A stretch of DNA of 64,000 bases from Squalus acanthias (GCA_030390025.1 CM059432.1:130574001-130638000), one strand, 5' to 3'. Shown: positions 26,800 through 41,718, counted from the first letter of the stretch. The notes: generated by a model from the sequence alone, not told the origin. Numbers and translations are program-made.

Positions 26800-27335
26800 T
26801 CAGAAAATGCTGGAGATACTCAGCAGGTCAGGCAGCATCTGTGAAGAGAGAAACAGAGTTAACGTTTCAGGTCGATGACCTTGTGTCAGAACTGGAAAAA
26901 AGTAGGAAATGGAACAGATTTTTAAGCAAGTGTCGGGGCTGGGTAAGGGGGGAGGGGATGAAAGAACAAAGGGAAGGTCTGTGGTAGGATAGAAGGCAGG
27001 AGAGGTTAAGAGACATTCAAGGCAAAAGGAGGTGGTAATGGAACAGGTTAAGAAACAAAGGATGGCTCTAGATGAAGTGTAAATTGCGCTGGCAGAATGA
27101 AAGACAGCTGCCATGTGGGAGAGAAGAAAAGACACAAACAAAAGGTGTGGATAAAAAATATATATATGATCGGGGCCGAGGGTATGATCTGAAATTGTTG
27201 AACTCTATGTTGAGTCCAGAAGGCTGTAAAGTGCCTAATCGAAAGATGAGGTGCTGTTCCTCGAGCTTACGCTGAGCTTCAGTGGAACAATACAGGAGGC
27301 CGGTGAGGTCTGAGTGGGAGTGGAGCGGAGAATTA
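26800..27335 (-). mobile_element. Penelope-like element 3' fragment, same family as 1532-2698
   Basis: Pseudo-LTR gaaaatgctggagatactcagcaggtcaggc plus GIY-YIG C-terminal coding remnant. Confidence 0.8.
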
Positions 27336-27556
27336 TATTTTATATATATTTTTTATATTATATTTTGTGGGCGTGTCTTCCCTTACGCAGAGGCGGTACG
27401 CTGCGCTCCTGGCCTTTCTGACGTACTATGCTGCGCACAACTCTGCAGTGCCGAAGAGCAAGTCCCCGTTCTGGGCCTTGCACAAGGTAAGTTCGTATCT
27501 TTTTCGTAGTCGGCAGCGTACTCCGCAGCTAGGCCGCCGACCGCAAATTTTGGGCC

Positions 27557-27870
27557 AGAGTATTTTTTAAAGGGTGAGAAGGTAGGGACTGTGGAGGAGC
27601 AGAGAGCTTTAGGGGTCCATGTACAGAAATCACTATAAGCTAGTTGACAGGTACAAAAAATAATTAAAAAGGCTAATGGAATGTTGGCCTTTATCTCAAG
27701 GGGGCTGGAATGCAAAGGGGTGGAAGTTATGTTACAGTTATATAAAGCTCTAGTTTGACCCCATCTGGGAGGACTGCGTTCAGTTCTGGGCACTGCACCG
27801 CAGGAAGGATTTATTGGCCTTGGAGGGGGTGCAGTGCAGATTCACCAGAATGACACCGGGGATAAAAGGG
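27557..27870 (+). mobile_element. CR1 fragment
   Basis: aaggctaatggaatgttggcctttat (KANGMLAF) motif. Confidence 0.75.
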
Positions 27871-28467
27871 CAAAAAAATTAGAACCATATCCAAGTACAA
27901 TATTCAAAGAGTACAGTTTCCAAGCATAGCACAGTGTGTTAGGAACATCAATGACCTGTGCAATTGACTGCTAAGACAAAGATGATACCCGCGATTCACC
28001 ACACAATGAGAAGCCAATCTCAGCCAAGCTGTCAGCAAAAGGCACGTTACAGGCATCGGTTGCTTCGTCGCAATAAAGGAGGGAGAATCTGAGCACAAGT
28101 CACTCACTCTGTCTTTCCTCTTAATATTTGGATAAACCCCAGCAATAGCAAAAGTCAGGGCGCAGGCTGCCTGCTCAGCCATTGTATGGTATAAAGTGCA
28201 GGGCAATCAAAAAATTAGAAAAAGGACAAGGGAGGGCTCAGTTTTCAATTAATATTAATCGAATTCTGGTCATTCCTCAGATTCCTGGTGGCATAATGAC
28301 AATCAGAGTGAGGCTTCAGGGTGACCCAGGCAGAGAAACTCAGTGCCAACATTTTCAGAACAAGCTCATTACCAATTAGAAACCCACTCCCTCATCAAGT
28401 GATTCCATCAATTCAATGCCTTTATCCATTTCTGGACTCTACTGCTTTCCCACTCCTCTCCACTCAC

Positions 28468-28543
28468 CTTTAAAAATGTTGCTTTAAGTTTGGTTACCAT
28501 GAAGGGGCTGACTCGGATACCTTCCTGCATGATGGTGGTGTAG
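28468..28543 (-). CDS. WASHC5: WASHC5 coding exon 13 ([25 protein letters not shown])
   Basis: 76 nt; AG/GT. Confidence 0.95.
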
Positions 28544-30362
28544 CTGTGGAGAAGTAGCATTATGTTAGTAGCATTATGTTAGCCACACCCCAAACACACA
28601 GGTCAACTGCAGTAATGCACATCTTGATAGGAATAAGTGAAAGACAGAAAATCGAAACAAAAATTAACTTAAATAAATAAGGAAACTGCTGTCAGCCAGC
28701 CATTTCCAATTACATGACCAGAAATAGTTTCATGGAGTTGGGGAGTAAAATTCATGTAATTCAGCCAGCGATTTCCAAAAGCAGTTCATTACTTTGATTT
28801 CAATGTGCTCAACTTTAGAGCTTCCAACAATTTTGGCAGAAATTGCTGCGGTTTCACATTTTATCGGAAACCTGGAGCAACTGTATCTTTGCATCATAAC
28901 TGTACTCAAGACTTTTGAGGGGGCAGAAGGAATTCAGAAGGTCCACGCTATTTTGCCTTTTTCAATAGTTCTAACCTTTCAGTAGTTCTGACTCAGAGGC
29001 AACAGAGATAGCAACAGAGCCACTGCTGACACTCAGGTTAAAGTTACGCCCCCTATGTTCTGGAGCCCCCAACCAGAAGAAATAGTTCTTCTCCATCAGT
29101 CACTTTTATAGAAATGTGAAACTTCCGCAATCTCTGCCAAGATTGTGGGAATTGCCCTCCGCACGTCCAGACCAAGGTACACTGTGACTTGGTGGGTCGG
29201 GTCATTACATGATCCAGTCACACTCCTGGCAGGGCTTTGCACCAGAATCAGGAGCATAGCTGCAGGCCCGAGATATTACTGTACATGAGGACAACTGTTT
29301 CAAGCTTTATTAGATTCAAAATGGATTTTGAAATATTTGTTGGCCTTTGTCAAGGTACGTTGGAGGCAGGGCGGGGGGGAGGGGAGGGAAGAAAGAAGTG
29401 CCAGGCAAAACTGAAGTTCAAGGAAACCCAACGTGAAGGTACAAAATAGATTCTGTGGGCAAGTGACAGAACAGCAGGACACCCCACTCCCTGTTTGATG
29501 GCTGGCAAAGTGGACGCACTACTGCACGAGGTGGGTACTTGAAGCTTATGCTACTTATTCAAATGAGTTGAACCTACAAAATTGTGCGCCGTTGGCTAGT
29601 TTTGCACTGGCAGCTAGAAATCCCGGGCACACAGATTTTTGCTGGGACCACAAAATTAGGACCGATTAGCTCTCGCACATTCCTGGGATTTATCGATCGA
29701 ACAAAGTTAACAATGCTTCTGAAATTATTAAGAACAAAGAGGAACGTAGCAAGTGCATGAAAAGGACAATGGGCCAAGAGGGGTGTCACAATGAAAAGGG
29801 GCTGCTACGAAACTGAAAGTGCTCCCACTTCATGAAAAAGAGGAGACCGTGTCAACAACAACTTGCGTCAATGGAGTTATACTCCAATAATTTTATTTAT
29901 TTATTCAGTTTTTAAAAAAAATGAAGAATAGGGTTGGGATGCAGGTCCTGTTGCAGCGGTGGTGGGATCGCTGCTCCTCAAATACAACACGTGCCTCTAG
30001 TGCACGGACATGACCTCATCCAAGCTCACGCTATCAGCTCACTTAAATAATTGAAACACACTCCTGTGCACACTGGTTCAAGCACAGGGGAGTGCACAGA
30101 TGGTGAACGCAGGATATTGGTGGACTGCGCCAGCAGGAAAGGGTATTCGATACTGTAAAGGATTCACCTGCAGCTTCGCCTGTGCAGACTATCCACAAGA
30201 CAGACAGAAGCGGCATCTGTTCACCTGTTCCTGCTCTGCAACTGAGAATATCCCAGGTATCTTTGCTCCAACAGAAGATTTGAGGGGAGCTTCACGTAGA
30301 TAAACTCGTAACATTTAAATATCAGATTTCAAGACCTCTCTCCAGATCTTAGAATGGTCCTA

Positions 30363-30608
<246 letters not shown>

Positions 30609-32165
30609 TTAACCCTCAAGAATGCCAATATCTCCGCCACGCCTCACGGTCCTCAAAAATATCCAACACTAGAATTTTAGGTGGTTTTCTGGAAATCAAT
30701 AAGAATATTAGATAGCACTGGATATAAATTTATAAACTTGTAGCAACAGGTATAGATAGAGATAGAGATAGAGATATAGAGAGATATATATACACACCCC
30801 ATTTTTCTTACCTCAGAGATGTTTTAAGGAGTAAAGTTAAATGTGTACTGAGCATGAATTTACAGATCTCCCCATCCCACTAGGTTTGTGATCTCAGTTG
30901 CACAGTTACGTATAGTTGCCGAGTGGAAATCAAGGGGGATGTGGAAAACAAAATGAAGGGACTCCCATTGCTGGACCCCTGTCACGCACTTCCTAGCAAC
31001 ACTGGCAGGGGCCTGGAAAGGTCATCCACCAGTGTTCTCAGTTACAATTAGTGCATGACCCAGAGAAACCAAAGGGGTTTTGGACCACTTGAGGAATTTC
31101 ATGTCAGCAAATAAAGTTAGAGTGACAAAAGAAAACAAAGAAAAAGCCAGAGAAGGTAAAAGAAGAAAAATAATTTTGAATTTTTGAAAAAAAAAATATA
31201 TTTTAACGTTTTTGTTACAAGTTTCAGGTCTGCCTTAGAAATTTTCTCGGGCACAGCAGTACTGGTTACTTCCATAAGCAGTCTGACTGTCCTATGTTTA
31301 GGAGTGTGCCCATACTACTCAATATCTAATTATACAATAAAATAACCCAGGTGTGTAACAATAGGGTCCCTTTGTGATCTCAACTCTATGCAGTCTTTCG
31401 CACGTGCGCTGACGTGCACTTCTCCAATCTTTCCGAACGCAGACTGAAAGTTTACTTGGACCAACGCCAGATACTAATTATTAAACTGCTTTATTTTAAC
31501 AGAGCAACAGATGTAATCAAATATCACCTTCATTCAACTAATTGCAGATGCTGCTGTTGCCAGCCAATGGGAGGGCAGTCCCTCTCGACTTCTTCCTGGT
31601 TCAGTGATTCGCCAGTAGGCCAGTCAATAAAACTGTCCAGTTCTCCTTCTCCCTTGGGGTGTGGCACTAGTGAAAACATCTCCTGCCATTCGCACAATGA
31701 AAAGGGGCCATCCTGGCTTCACAGGGCCCCCGAGACGAGACAACTCATCCTCACTATCTCAATTTGAAACAAGACTGCAGTGCCATGACATTCCAAAACT
31801 GGCTCATGTGGTTTTAATACTTCCTCAATGCCTGACACATTCACAAATAAACCCTTTATCCAAGTGGCTTCAGTTGGTGATTTTTTTTTATTTAAAAAAC
31901 GTGTGCGAAATAATTGTTTTAAAACACAATTCAACATTACTGATTTTCAATTTCTATGCGTGAAGACAAAAAGAACAAACCTTGAAGTGTGACAATTATA
32001 CCATTACAGATATTTTAATGGAAAAACCTAACAAAGGCATCTCTACCGCTCTTTTCTGGTGACCTTCGTGACATTCTCGGAGTGGGGCTGAATTTTTACG
32101 ACTCCTCACTAAATCTCCACTTCAACTTGCAGACGGTGACAATTTCTGTTCAAAGCTCGGACTCA

Positions 32166-32333
<168 letters not shown>

Positions 32334-32352
32334 TCATATATATATATATATA

Positions 32353-32693
32353 AAAAACTCTTTATTAAATCTCTCTTAACCGGCAAAATTCTTGAGTAGG
32401 TAACCGGGGTTTTCCTTCATCTCTCGTTTAAAATTAACTTTAAAAAAAACCCCGAGGCGTTTGCCTTGTATCGGAGCGTGTAGATTGGGAGGGGAATGTG
32501 CAGCCCGGGTAGGCAGCGGACACGACAGATGGTCAGCTGGCGGTCCCCGGGGAGACGGAGCTCCGAATGCAGGCGCATGTCAATGTGTACGGGGCTCTCG
32601 TACGTTGGGAGATATAACTCTCCGTTATCCGGACTTTTTGATTAACCGGCACCATGCCAGTCCCGTCGGTGCCGGTTAATAAAGAGTTTCCTG
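32353..32693. mobile_element. Tc1/mariner-pogo-type MITE in a TA repeat
   Basis: Right end gccggttaataaagagtttcctg|TA; left aaactctttattaa...ttaaccggc; TA flanks. Confidence 0.55.
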
Positions 32694-34369
32694 TATATGC
32701 CATAACAATTTTACATTTTTCTCCCCCTCTGATCTCCCTGCATCACATACCTCCAGGTGAGAGGGGGAAGAGGCCTGCTCCCAGACCACAGCTACTCTAA
32801 ACCAGCCATTGGCACATCCAGGGGAAATCGACCAGCTGACAATATCCTTCCTCTTTTGAGGACGAAAGAGGAAATGCTCAGCCCAGTACCACCACGTAGC
32901 AATATTGCCAAGATTGGTAATTCTGGTGAATGAACTGGTCAGGCGACCACTCCACAGCTCATTAAAATGTACTTGTGGATAAAATATACTTCTTGGTAGC
33001 AACACCCTCGGAGGGGGGGGGGTTAATTTATTTTAAACTTTGGGCCGGTAATACTCCAGTTATAATGCATGCCCGTAATGACATTAAGCAAAGTGAAATT
33101 ATCGATGCAGAGAGGGAGGAAAAAAAAGAGATAGTATACTGGCAGGATGTGGGCTTTTATCTCCAATTCCCCACGAGCTGAGCACCCGATCTTAGCGGTA
33201 CCATTGAGGCATATCCAAATGAGTAAAGGAGGAAAATTGAAGTGTAAGTCAAAATGTTGGGCTCTCACATCTGCTGCAGCTTGGTGACAGAACAGAACTG
33301 ACCAGATGTCTTAAGACAAGCTCAGGTGCCCATCTTCCTAGCTGGCATATGGTGTAGGGGAGGCCCAAAGGTAAATGAACAAAGGGATATATTCTAAAGA
33401 TTGCACAGCTATTCGTCATCACTAGTATACAGTTAAAGCACTCAATAAAGCAGATATGAAAAAAAGAGAGAGGCAGGACATTCGCTGCTGCCATGGTATA
33501 AGCAATTACTGATGCTGCAATTAAATTATGTCTTCTTGTCATAAGTGTACAACTTTCAAGACATACTCCCCAGGGCATTGTCAGCAGGAAATTATACACA
33601 CATTTGTTTTGTAAAGATGAGTGGCAGATCAGATTCAGGCTGGAAACAGAGTCCATGCAGGTCAATTCAGAAAGCCCCAAAGTTCAGAGCACTTCAGGTT
33701 TGAGCAAATTTGGCTAGGAAAACAAGTTGGTGGTGGGAAGGAGAACCCACACGTACAGATTGTGTGTGTATTTTGTCTGCCCATCACCTACCACCTTTCG
33801 CCTTTGATGGATCCATCCTTAGCTCTTCTTCCTCTATTAACATTCTTACTCTAAAGCTGCCATCTAAAAAGTTCAATTTCCTCTTTCGTGCCTCAATAAC
33901 TCAGAACTCTCTGTAAAGCCCAAATCCATCCGAAACTTGAATTCGACTCCAAAATGTCAGGAGAATCTAACACTTGAGGACAGGATACAAAAAAGACCTT
34001 GTTGTCTGACACACATCCCCGCATCACAGCCTCTCTTATTGATATTACTGTGGCCAGTACTTATCTGAAATGTCTTCTTTTTTTCTTCCAAATATACAAA
34101 TATGCCATCCGACATCTTTCCCCTCCTTCCTGCATTTTCACGGAGTTGAAATCAACTCTGTGCATCTCCCTGGCAAACTCATCACTTACCAGGTCCTCAT
34201 AAATGTCGTACTCCTGAGCTCCCTCAGCCTTCCTTTCCTGCTCTGACCTAGGGCCTTTTCAATACCCCAGCTTTAGGTCAACTAATCACTAGTTCTTGAC
34301 TTACCTCACCTTTGCTCCTTTTTATTCAACTTTAATGCCCTGCATTGTGAATCTTAACCCATGAACTAG

Positions 34370-34550
34370 AGCCAGAGAGCAAAAGGGGGAGAGAGAGAGA
34401 AAAAGAGAGCGCGAAAGAGCGTGCGAAAGAGAGCGAGGGCGCGAGCGAGGGCGCGAGAGAGAGAGCGAGAGAGCGAGAAAAGAGACAAAAAGAGAGAAAA
34501 AGGAGAGAGAGAGAGAGAGAGAAAAAGGAGAGAGAGAGAGAGAGAGAAAA

Positions 34551-34596
<46 letters not shown>

Positions 34597-34655
34597 AAGA
34601 GAGAGAGAATGAATGAGGGGGAGAAAGAGAGCAAGCAGGAGGGAGGAAGAGAGAA
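34370..34655 (+). repeat. (GA)n-rich polypurine microsatellite
   Basis: About 280 bp of GA repeats. Confidence 0.95.
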
Positions 34656-34883
34656 GTTAATGTTGCTACGACAGTTCAGTGACTTACTACAGTTGGGTAC
34701 TACAGACTCTGCTTAACCAAGATCTGAATTTACAGCTTCCTGGTCAAATAATAACAGGAAGGAAACCCCATTATTTTCTACACATTTGGTAAAGAGACTG
34801 AATATTTCAACTGAATCTTAACTAACAGAATCTGGCCGTATATTTCACGTAATCATGGAGCAATCTAAGCACTAATCACATAC

Positions 34884-35013
34884 CGTTTTTTTCCACTCTG
34901 GTGAGAGGCTTTACTCCGGAGAACACCTCTGCCAGCTCAGTCATTCTCTCAGAGCCCTCTTGCTGATAGCTTTCCCATTTTGCTTGCTTTTCTGAGAGCA
35001 TTTGCTTGAACAT
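34884..35013 (-). CDS. WASHC5: WASHC5 coding exon 10 ([10 protein letters not shown]...[11 protein letters not shown])
   Basis: 130 nt; AG/GT. Confidence 0.96.
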
Positions 35014-35567
35014 CTAAAATGACAAATGAAATAAATGTTACTCAATAAAAGACAACTAGCCTTTGCTACTGCAAAACGAAAAGAAACTGAAGTGAATATT
35101 AAGAAAAACATTCCAGGCTGGGGTGGTATAGTGATATTGTACATTGGAGAGCAATAGCTGGGCCTGACTTCACTGATCCCTTTCATACTACACAGGGAGG
35201 CATTGCCCTGCTTGGGAAATGGGTAGAAAGAAAAGGCACAAAAATAAGAGGCAGTGTTGCACACCTGCTGGCCAGCCAATGAAACCATCCACTCTGTTCC
35301 CTACCATTAATGCGTACACTGTACTCCATTATTTAATAAGAGGAAGAGGGAGGGAGAGAGAAACTACAAAACTACAGACCTGTCAGTTTAACATCAACTG
35401 GGGGGGTGGGGGAAGTTACTGGAATTTATCATCAGGGACAGAGTGACTGAGTACTTGGACAAGTAGAAGCTGATCAAAAAGAGTCGGTTTGGATTTGCGA
35501 CAGGTAGGTCATGTCTGACTAATCTAGTTGAATTTTTGCGAGGAGGTCACCAGCATAGTGGATAGAA

Positions 35568-35851
35568 TGTGCGGGTTAGGTTGATTTGGCTATGATAAAT
35601 TGACCCTTAGTGTTAGGGGGGGATTAAATATGTGGGGTTATGGGGATAGGATGGGATATGTTAGGGGGGAATTAAATATGTGGGGTTACAGGGATAGGGT
35701 GGGATAGGTGCAGGCTCGATGTGGGGATTCTGTGTGAGAAAGCAGGGACAGGGTACTGGATTTGGATGATCAGCCATGATCGTATTGAATGGTGGAGCAG
35801 GCTCGATGGGCCGAATGGCCTACTCCTGCTCCTAGTTTCTATGTTTCTATG
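35568..35851 (+). mobile_element. 5'-truncated HE1-like V-SINE
   Basis: gttaggttgatttggctatgataaattgacccttagtgt core; CR1-type tail tttctatgtttctatg. Confidence 0.55.
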
Positions 35852-36346
35852 TTAGAAGAGTGTCTATGGATGTTGTCTATATGGACTACCAGAAGGCACT
35901 TGATAAAGTTCTGCACAAGAGATTATTAGCAAAAAATGAAAGTGCACATAATCGGAGGTAATCGTGCAACATGGATTAGTAATTGGTTGGGAGGTAGGAG
36001 ACAGAGTGTCGGGTAAAGGGAATGTTTTCCGATTGGCATGGCATGACATGACGTGACAAGTGGTGTGTCCCCAGGGATCTGAACTGAGGCCTCAGCTTTT
36101 ATATATTAATGACTTGGATGAAGGAATAGAGAACTGTATATCCAAGTTTCCAGATGACACTAAATTAGGAGGTACAGTAAGTTGTGTGGATGGGAGCAGG
36201 AAGTTACAAAGGGACATGGACAGATTAAGTGAGTGAGCAAAACTGTGGCAGAGTTCAATGTGGGGAAGTGCGAGGTCATCCACTCTGGATCTGGGAAAGA
36301 CACAGAAGATTTTCTTAATGGTGAGAGACTAAGAGATGTGGAGGAC

Positions 36347-36888
36347 TGTTGGCATATGGAACTTGGTTAATTCAGCTTCTGAAAAGGTGTTCCGGTTTAG
36401 TTCATTCAATATAGGAAAAAAATGTGGAGAGAGTATAGATTTCACTCAGCAACAGCCAGTGTTCAAGACTGAAGTAGGGCCTTGGGATGTTTATAGTATT
36501 GCCATACTGTAATCATCCCATCACATACTACTGCAATCTTTGCAAGGGGATGTTTAAGTACAAGCTGGTTGAAGGACGGCACACTGAATGTAAACACCGA
36601 ATGTAAACTTGTGTGCATCGGCTGAAGGACGGTGCTTTTCACCGGAGACTACCAAAGAAGGCAAGGCTACTTCCAGTTTGACAAAGAGAATAATGTATAA
36701 ATGTAAGCTTTTTCCTTTGTTCAAGCAGCATGAAAAGATCCATGTCTAGGTCCGTGTGCTCTATCTGTGACTATACTCCGCTTGTAAATTGCTTTTTATG
36801 CTGTAGTGAAAGAATAAAATAATTATAACCAGAAGACTGAATTTGTTACTACTCAAGTGAACAAACAGAACACTGTTTTAAGACAACA
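36347..36888 (+). mobile_element. Solo LTR
   Basis: TGTTG...CAACA termini; 5-bp TSD AGGAC (36342-36346, 36889-36893); internal TATA-like and AATAAA motifs; CR1 host rejoins across it. Confidence 0.85.
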
Positions 36889-38819
36889 AGGACAAAGAGA
36901 TTTGGGTGTCCAGGGACACAAATCACTAAAAGCTAGCGCACAGGTTAAAAAAGTAATCAAAAAGGTGAATGGAATGTTGGTTTTTGGAATACAAAAGTGA
37001 GGCTGTGATGCTTCAATTGCAGAGCCTTGGTTAGACCCCATCTGGAGTACTGCATTCATTTTTGGGCACCACACCTTGGTGAGATACAATGCAGATTCAC
37101 CCGAAATATACCACGGCTTAAAGGATTAAATTACGAGACAGTCTGCATAAACTTGGTTTGCAGTCCCTCGAGTTTAGAAGGTTGAGGAGCAATCAATGTC
37201 TTTAAACCGATAGATACAGGGAGTCTATTTCCACTGGTAGAAGAATCCAGAACAAGGGGGCAGAATCTAAAAGTTAGAGCTCGGCCAATTAGGAGTTCAA
37301 ACAGGATGCATTTTTTCCCCATACAAAGGATAGTTGAGATCTGGAATTTGCTTCCTCAAATGGCTGTGGATGCTCGGACAATTGAAATTTTCAAGATGGA
37401 GATCGATAGATGTTTGTTAGGTAAGGGTACCAAGGGATATGGAGCAATGGCAGGTAAATGGAGTTCAGGCACAGATCAGCCATGATCTAACTGAATGGTG
37501 GAAAAGGCTCAAATGGCCTATTCCTGTTTCTATGTACTGACGGCAAAGGGCCAATGAAACCAGAGAAGGAATGGTTTTTACTGGCGGTTATATTCCATCA
37601 AAGCAAAATTACCAGATTGGACAACACCAATGAATTGATAAGAATTTATTCCAAACTATAAAGCATGATTGTGAGAATGCAGCGAGGATTGTGGGAAGAG
37701 GTAGAGGAACATTATCAAACACTATCAGATGAAAAAAGGTAAATTTCCACAAATAGCACTTCATCACATCTCTCAGGAACATTTTAAAGTGCTTCACATA
37801 TGGAGTAACTTTTTTTTTTAAATGCATTGACTATTGTTATGTAGGCAAATGTGGCAGACAATTTCACACACAGTCCCACTGACAGCTCGGAGATGAATGA
37901 CCATGCTACCTATTCTGGGAGGTTGGCCAGGACCCCAGGAGGACCCCTCGCTCTTCCACAGTGTCACTGGATATTTAACATCTACCTGAACCATAACAAC
38001 AAACAGACAGGATCTGAGTTTAATGTCTCAGCTACAGAATGGCACCTCCAACAATGCAGCAGACTCACAGTACTGCACGAGAGTTTTAGCTTCGATTATG
38101 TGCTCAAGCCCTGGAGTGTGACTTGCACAATCTTCCGACTCAGAGGCAAGATTCCTACTAAACGATCCAAGATTCCTACTAAACGATCCAAAGTGTCTAA
38201 GATTCATCATATTTAAAAACAATTGCGTATGTTATAGTACAGCCAGTTGTGTGGATTTTATCCTGTGGAGCGCTCCATATTTCAGCTATTCTAGAGAATC
38301 CCTACTAGTCTTAAAAAGGAAATAATAAAATTCCAAGATAGCAAGCACCTGAATCGCACCATATAAAATGTCTAATGTTACCAACTACAGAGCATGGAAA
38401 GGACCAATGACTTTAGTAATGGCGGGGGAGCACTGACCCCATGACAACAAAGGGATCGGCAAAATGGAAATTAAATGCTCAGGAGATGGAAGTGCATTTC
38501 CCCCAAGACACAACAGTGCATATTAAAATTTAGATTGTGCATTGACAAACTAGATTTTTGGCATATATTAAGAGCAACAAGAGAAAGATTTTATGAATAG
38601 GACAGTCAAGATAGATTTAGGCCGGGAATTTCCTGGGAGCTGCTCTGCCACCGTAACTTCGCCGGAGGTCTGGCAGAAATGGGGTTTCCGCTGCACTTCC
38701 TCTTGGCCTTAGCTTCCTGTAAAACTTGGTTACCATTTCCAGCACAGCACCCCCGCCAACCCCCTCCCCCCACCTCACAACTGGTCAGTACTGACCATCT
38801 GAAACATGCTATGTGCTTA

Positions 38820-39120
38820 GTAGGAACATAGGAGCAAGAGTAGGCCATTCAGCCCATCGAGCATGGTCCGCCTTAATTCGACGACCTGTGCTTCAACTCC
38901 AACTATCCGCCTTGGTTCTGTAAGCCCAACAAAAACCTATCAATCTCAGTTTTTTAATTTTCAATTGACAGCTTTTTCGGGCGAGTGTTCCAGATTCCTG
39001 CTACCCTTTGTGTGAAGAAGTGCTTTATGACATCACCCCTGAACGGCCTAGCTCCAATTTTAAGGTAATGCCCCCTTGTTCTGGACTCTCCCACCAGAGG
39101 AAATAGGTTCACTCTATCCC
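38820..39120 (-). mobile_element. CR1 3' fragment
   Basis: gaacataggagcaagagtaggccattc tail. Confidence 0.7.
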
Positions 39121-39205
39121 ATGCTTCAATTTACTCCTTGCCTGTTCTAGAGTGGCATGTTATTATTTATAGAAATGACAGCCAAAAAGAGCAAGAGTAG
39201 CATAC

Positions 39206-39333
39206 CTCCTTCAAAACATACTCAAACTGGGCACTGTCCAGCAATAGCTGGAAAAGGGTTTTGGGATTGTATTTCGAGTCGATGAAAACTTGATCCTTAA
39301 TCTGGCGCAAACGCTTGTTGTTTGGATCATACA
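39206..39333 (-). CDS. WASHC5: WASHC5 coding exon 9 ([14 protein letters not shown]...QFEYVLKE)
   Basis: 128 nt; AG/GT. Confidence 0.96.
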
Positions 39334-40426
39334 CTGTAAAAAGACAAAAAAAGGTATTCAAACATTCATTAAAAACCCAATCACTGAGTGCAATGCATAC
39401 AATAGCAGAGTGGGATTGTGCTGCATTATTTGAGAACTGAAGTCATGGAGGTGAACTGGCTGGCATAGTAGGTTACAAAAGTTTTTTTCAACCAGTGGGG
39501 CTACAAGAAGCCAGGTTTGAATCCAGGAATCCAGGGATGAAGTCTTTTCTCCATACTGGCCGCAATATCCTTTATGAAACAGATTTCACCAGCCTCGACC
39601 AAAGGTGTTAGTCTTCCACCTTCGCGCAGGTAGGTCTCGCACAGCCACACATCGACATGTTAAACATAAATCTGCCAGATTTCTTGGACTGGTAACCAGG
39701 GGAACCAGTGTTTGTTTTTTAAGTTGGGGTTTCCTGACTGCCCCAGTCGAGGCGGGGCCAGTAAACATGCTGCTCCAAACGCTGTCAGCACTGACATCGT
39801 GACGTGCACGGGCCAAGTCAGTGGATGCGCGCAATGGTGGGCCCCCACAGCAAGTCGGGCTACACATTAGCAATGGTAAATGTGGCACCGCAGCACAGTT
39901 AGCTTCTTCTCCCAACACTCAGGCGGCAACGCAAAAGTGGCTCATATTCCTAGTGGCTGGTAGGACCATAAAGACTTGGAGAAACTGCAATGGAGAACCA
40001 ATGCCAAACCACAGATTTCCCACTGAATTCTGTATCTAGTCCTGGTATAGCCGAGCAGCTGTTAATTCAACACAATATCAAGGCATGGCAGCTTTACCAA
40101 AAGTTACTTTACACACAAGATTTCCTCTTTTGGGACAGAAAGAAGAAACTTGAAGGGTCTCAGCACTTATACTGTACAATATTTTTAATTAGACTTGATT
40201 TCTATCCCATTTACGATTTTTTCTGAAGGCCCTTTTTAATCTTGTGGCATTTGTTTAATGTAATGTTTCTCTCCCTAGAGTTTTCCTGAAAGATTTTTTA
40301 CACTTAGCGATTACAAATAAATCTGATAGGCACCGGACACTATAAATAAAGTGCTTCTCTTTATGGTCCCAAAACATGCTGGGATCTCAATTGCCTTTTG
40401 TTTGGCACATATCCTCTCACATTTAC

Positions 40427-40598
40427 CCGATTCTGCAGTGTGAAGCATCAACCAGCGAATAGTAACATTACAATCTCTCAGGCAGTTCAACAGTTTAGGA
40501 ATGTGGTCCAGCACAAACTCTTCCCTCAAGAAGCCTTCCTTGAGAAACTGCTGCACCTGCTGGCGCAGCCGCTCAACACTTGTACCATATCGACTTGC
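40427..40598 (-). CDS. WASHC5: WASHC5 coding exon 8 ([11 protein letters not shown]...WLMLHTAES)
   Basis: 172 nt; AG/GT. Confidence 0.96.
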
Positions 40599-40919
40599 CT
40601 GCGAAAGAAAAACCCACGTCAACGCAAGCATCTCACACAAATTCAACGCATTGTATTTTACACACTGGGAAAGATAGTGGGGGGAGAGATTAGTTTTCGG
40701 CAGTTACGCAAAATGGGCAATAGCGAATCGGCAGCTTGTTTTACATCCCGTCCGATTTTCTCTTCTATTGAAGTCAAAGGGTGTAAAGCGGACCTCAATT
40801 GCGCTATCGACCTTTTTTGCGCCAAAGGCCAAGTAACACTCCCAGTGCAAAAATTAAGTTCAAAATATGCAGTGCATGAATTACAACAAAGGGGAGCACC
40901 CGCCCTTCAGAGATCATAC

Positions 40920-41033
40920 CTGCTCCTTGATGTTCGACTGCTCCAGTGTATAATTCAGGGCCGTCTTTGCAGCTTTGTATGGTTCCCAGGCCTCAACCAG
41001 GTTGACGGTGATCCCCAAGTAAATGCTGATCAC
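40920..41033 (-). CDS. WASHC5: WASHC5 coding exon 7 ([28 protein letters not shown]...)
   Basis: 114 nt; AG/GT. Confidence 0.96.
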
Positions 41034-41514
41034 CTGATGTGAATGAAGAAACCCAAAACACTCAATTCTTGTTCAAATATCTTGCCTTTGCAAATACATC
41101 ACACTGCACATCAAGTTTCCTCCATTACTACAGTGACTACACTTCAAAAGTACTTAACTGACTAAATCGCTTTGGGACGTCCTGAGGTTGTGAAAGGTGC
41201 TATATAAATGAAATTCTTTCTTTCTTTCATAAAATAAACTGCATGCATTACAGTGCTGTACGATGTTTTAGAAGAACTGATCCAATGAAAGGTCACACGA
41301 GATCCTCTGGATACCCATCCAACAGCATGAACTGAAACCAGCCCATTAAAACCAAAGCCTTGGAAATGGACTCGGTAGTTTTGTGATTTCCGTCAGTTGC
41401 TCCATTATAGCATTTTAGTTATTTTTTTCTTCGAACAGTCTGACTGCATAATACAAATGAGCAGCAGTAAGTAGCTTTTGCGCCATGCATCTTTTTATAA
41501 ATCTAATGATGCTA

Positions 41515-41718
<204 letters not shown>

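Larger units (their letters stand above)
35375..37535 (+). mobile_element. Decayed CR1 LINE carrying nested SINE and solo LTR
   Basis: RT-region motifs run from NYRPVSLTS to the 3'UTR, interrupted twice. Confidence 0.8.

Noticed and set aside
34332..34634. SL- and RE-repeat ORFs
   Set aside because: Translation of a (GA)n microsatellite.
38147..38190. Direct repeat aagattcctactaaacgatcc x2 (similar duplication at ~53793-53826)
   Set aside because: Simple tandem duplications without spacers; not CRISPR-like.
40398..41042. 214-aa plus-strand ORF
   Set aside because: Antisense shadow of WASHC5 coding exons 7-8.
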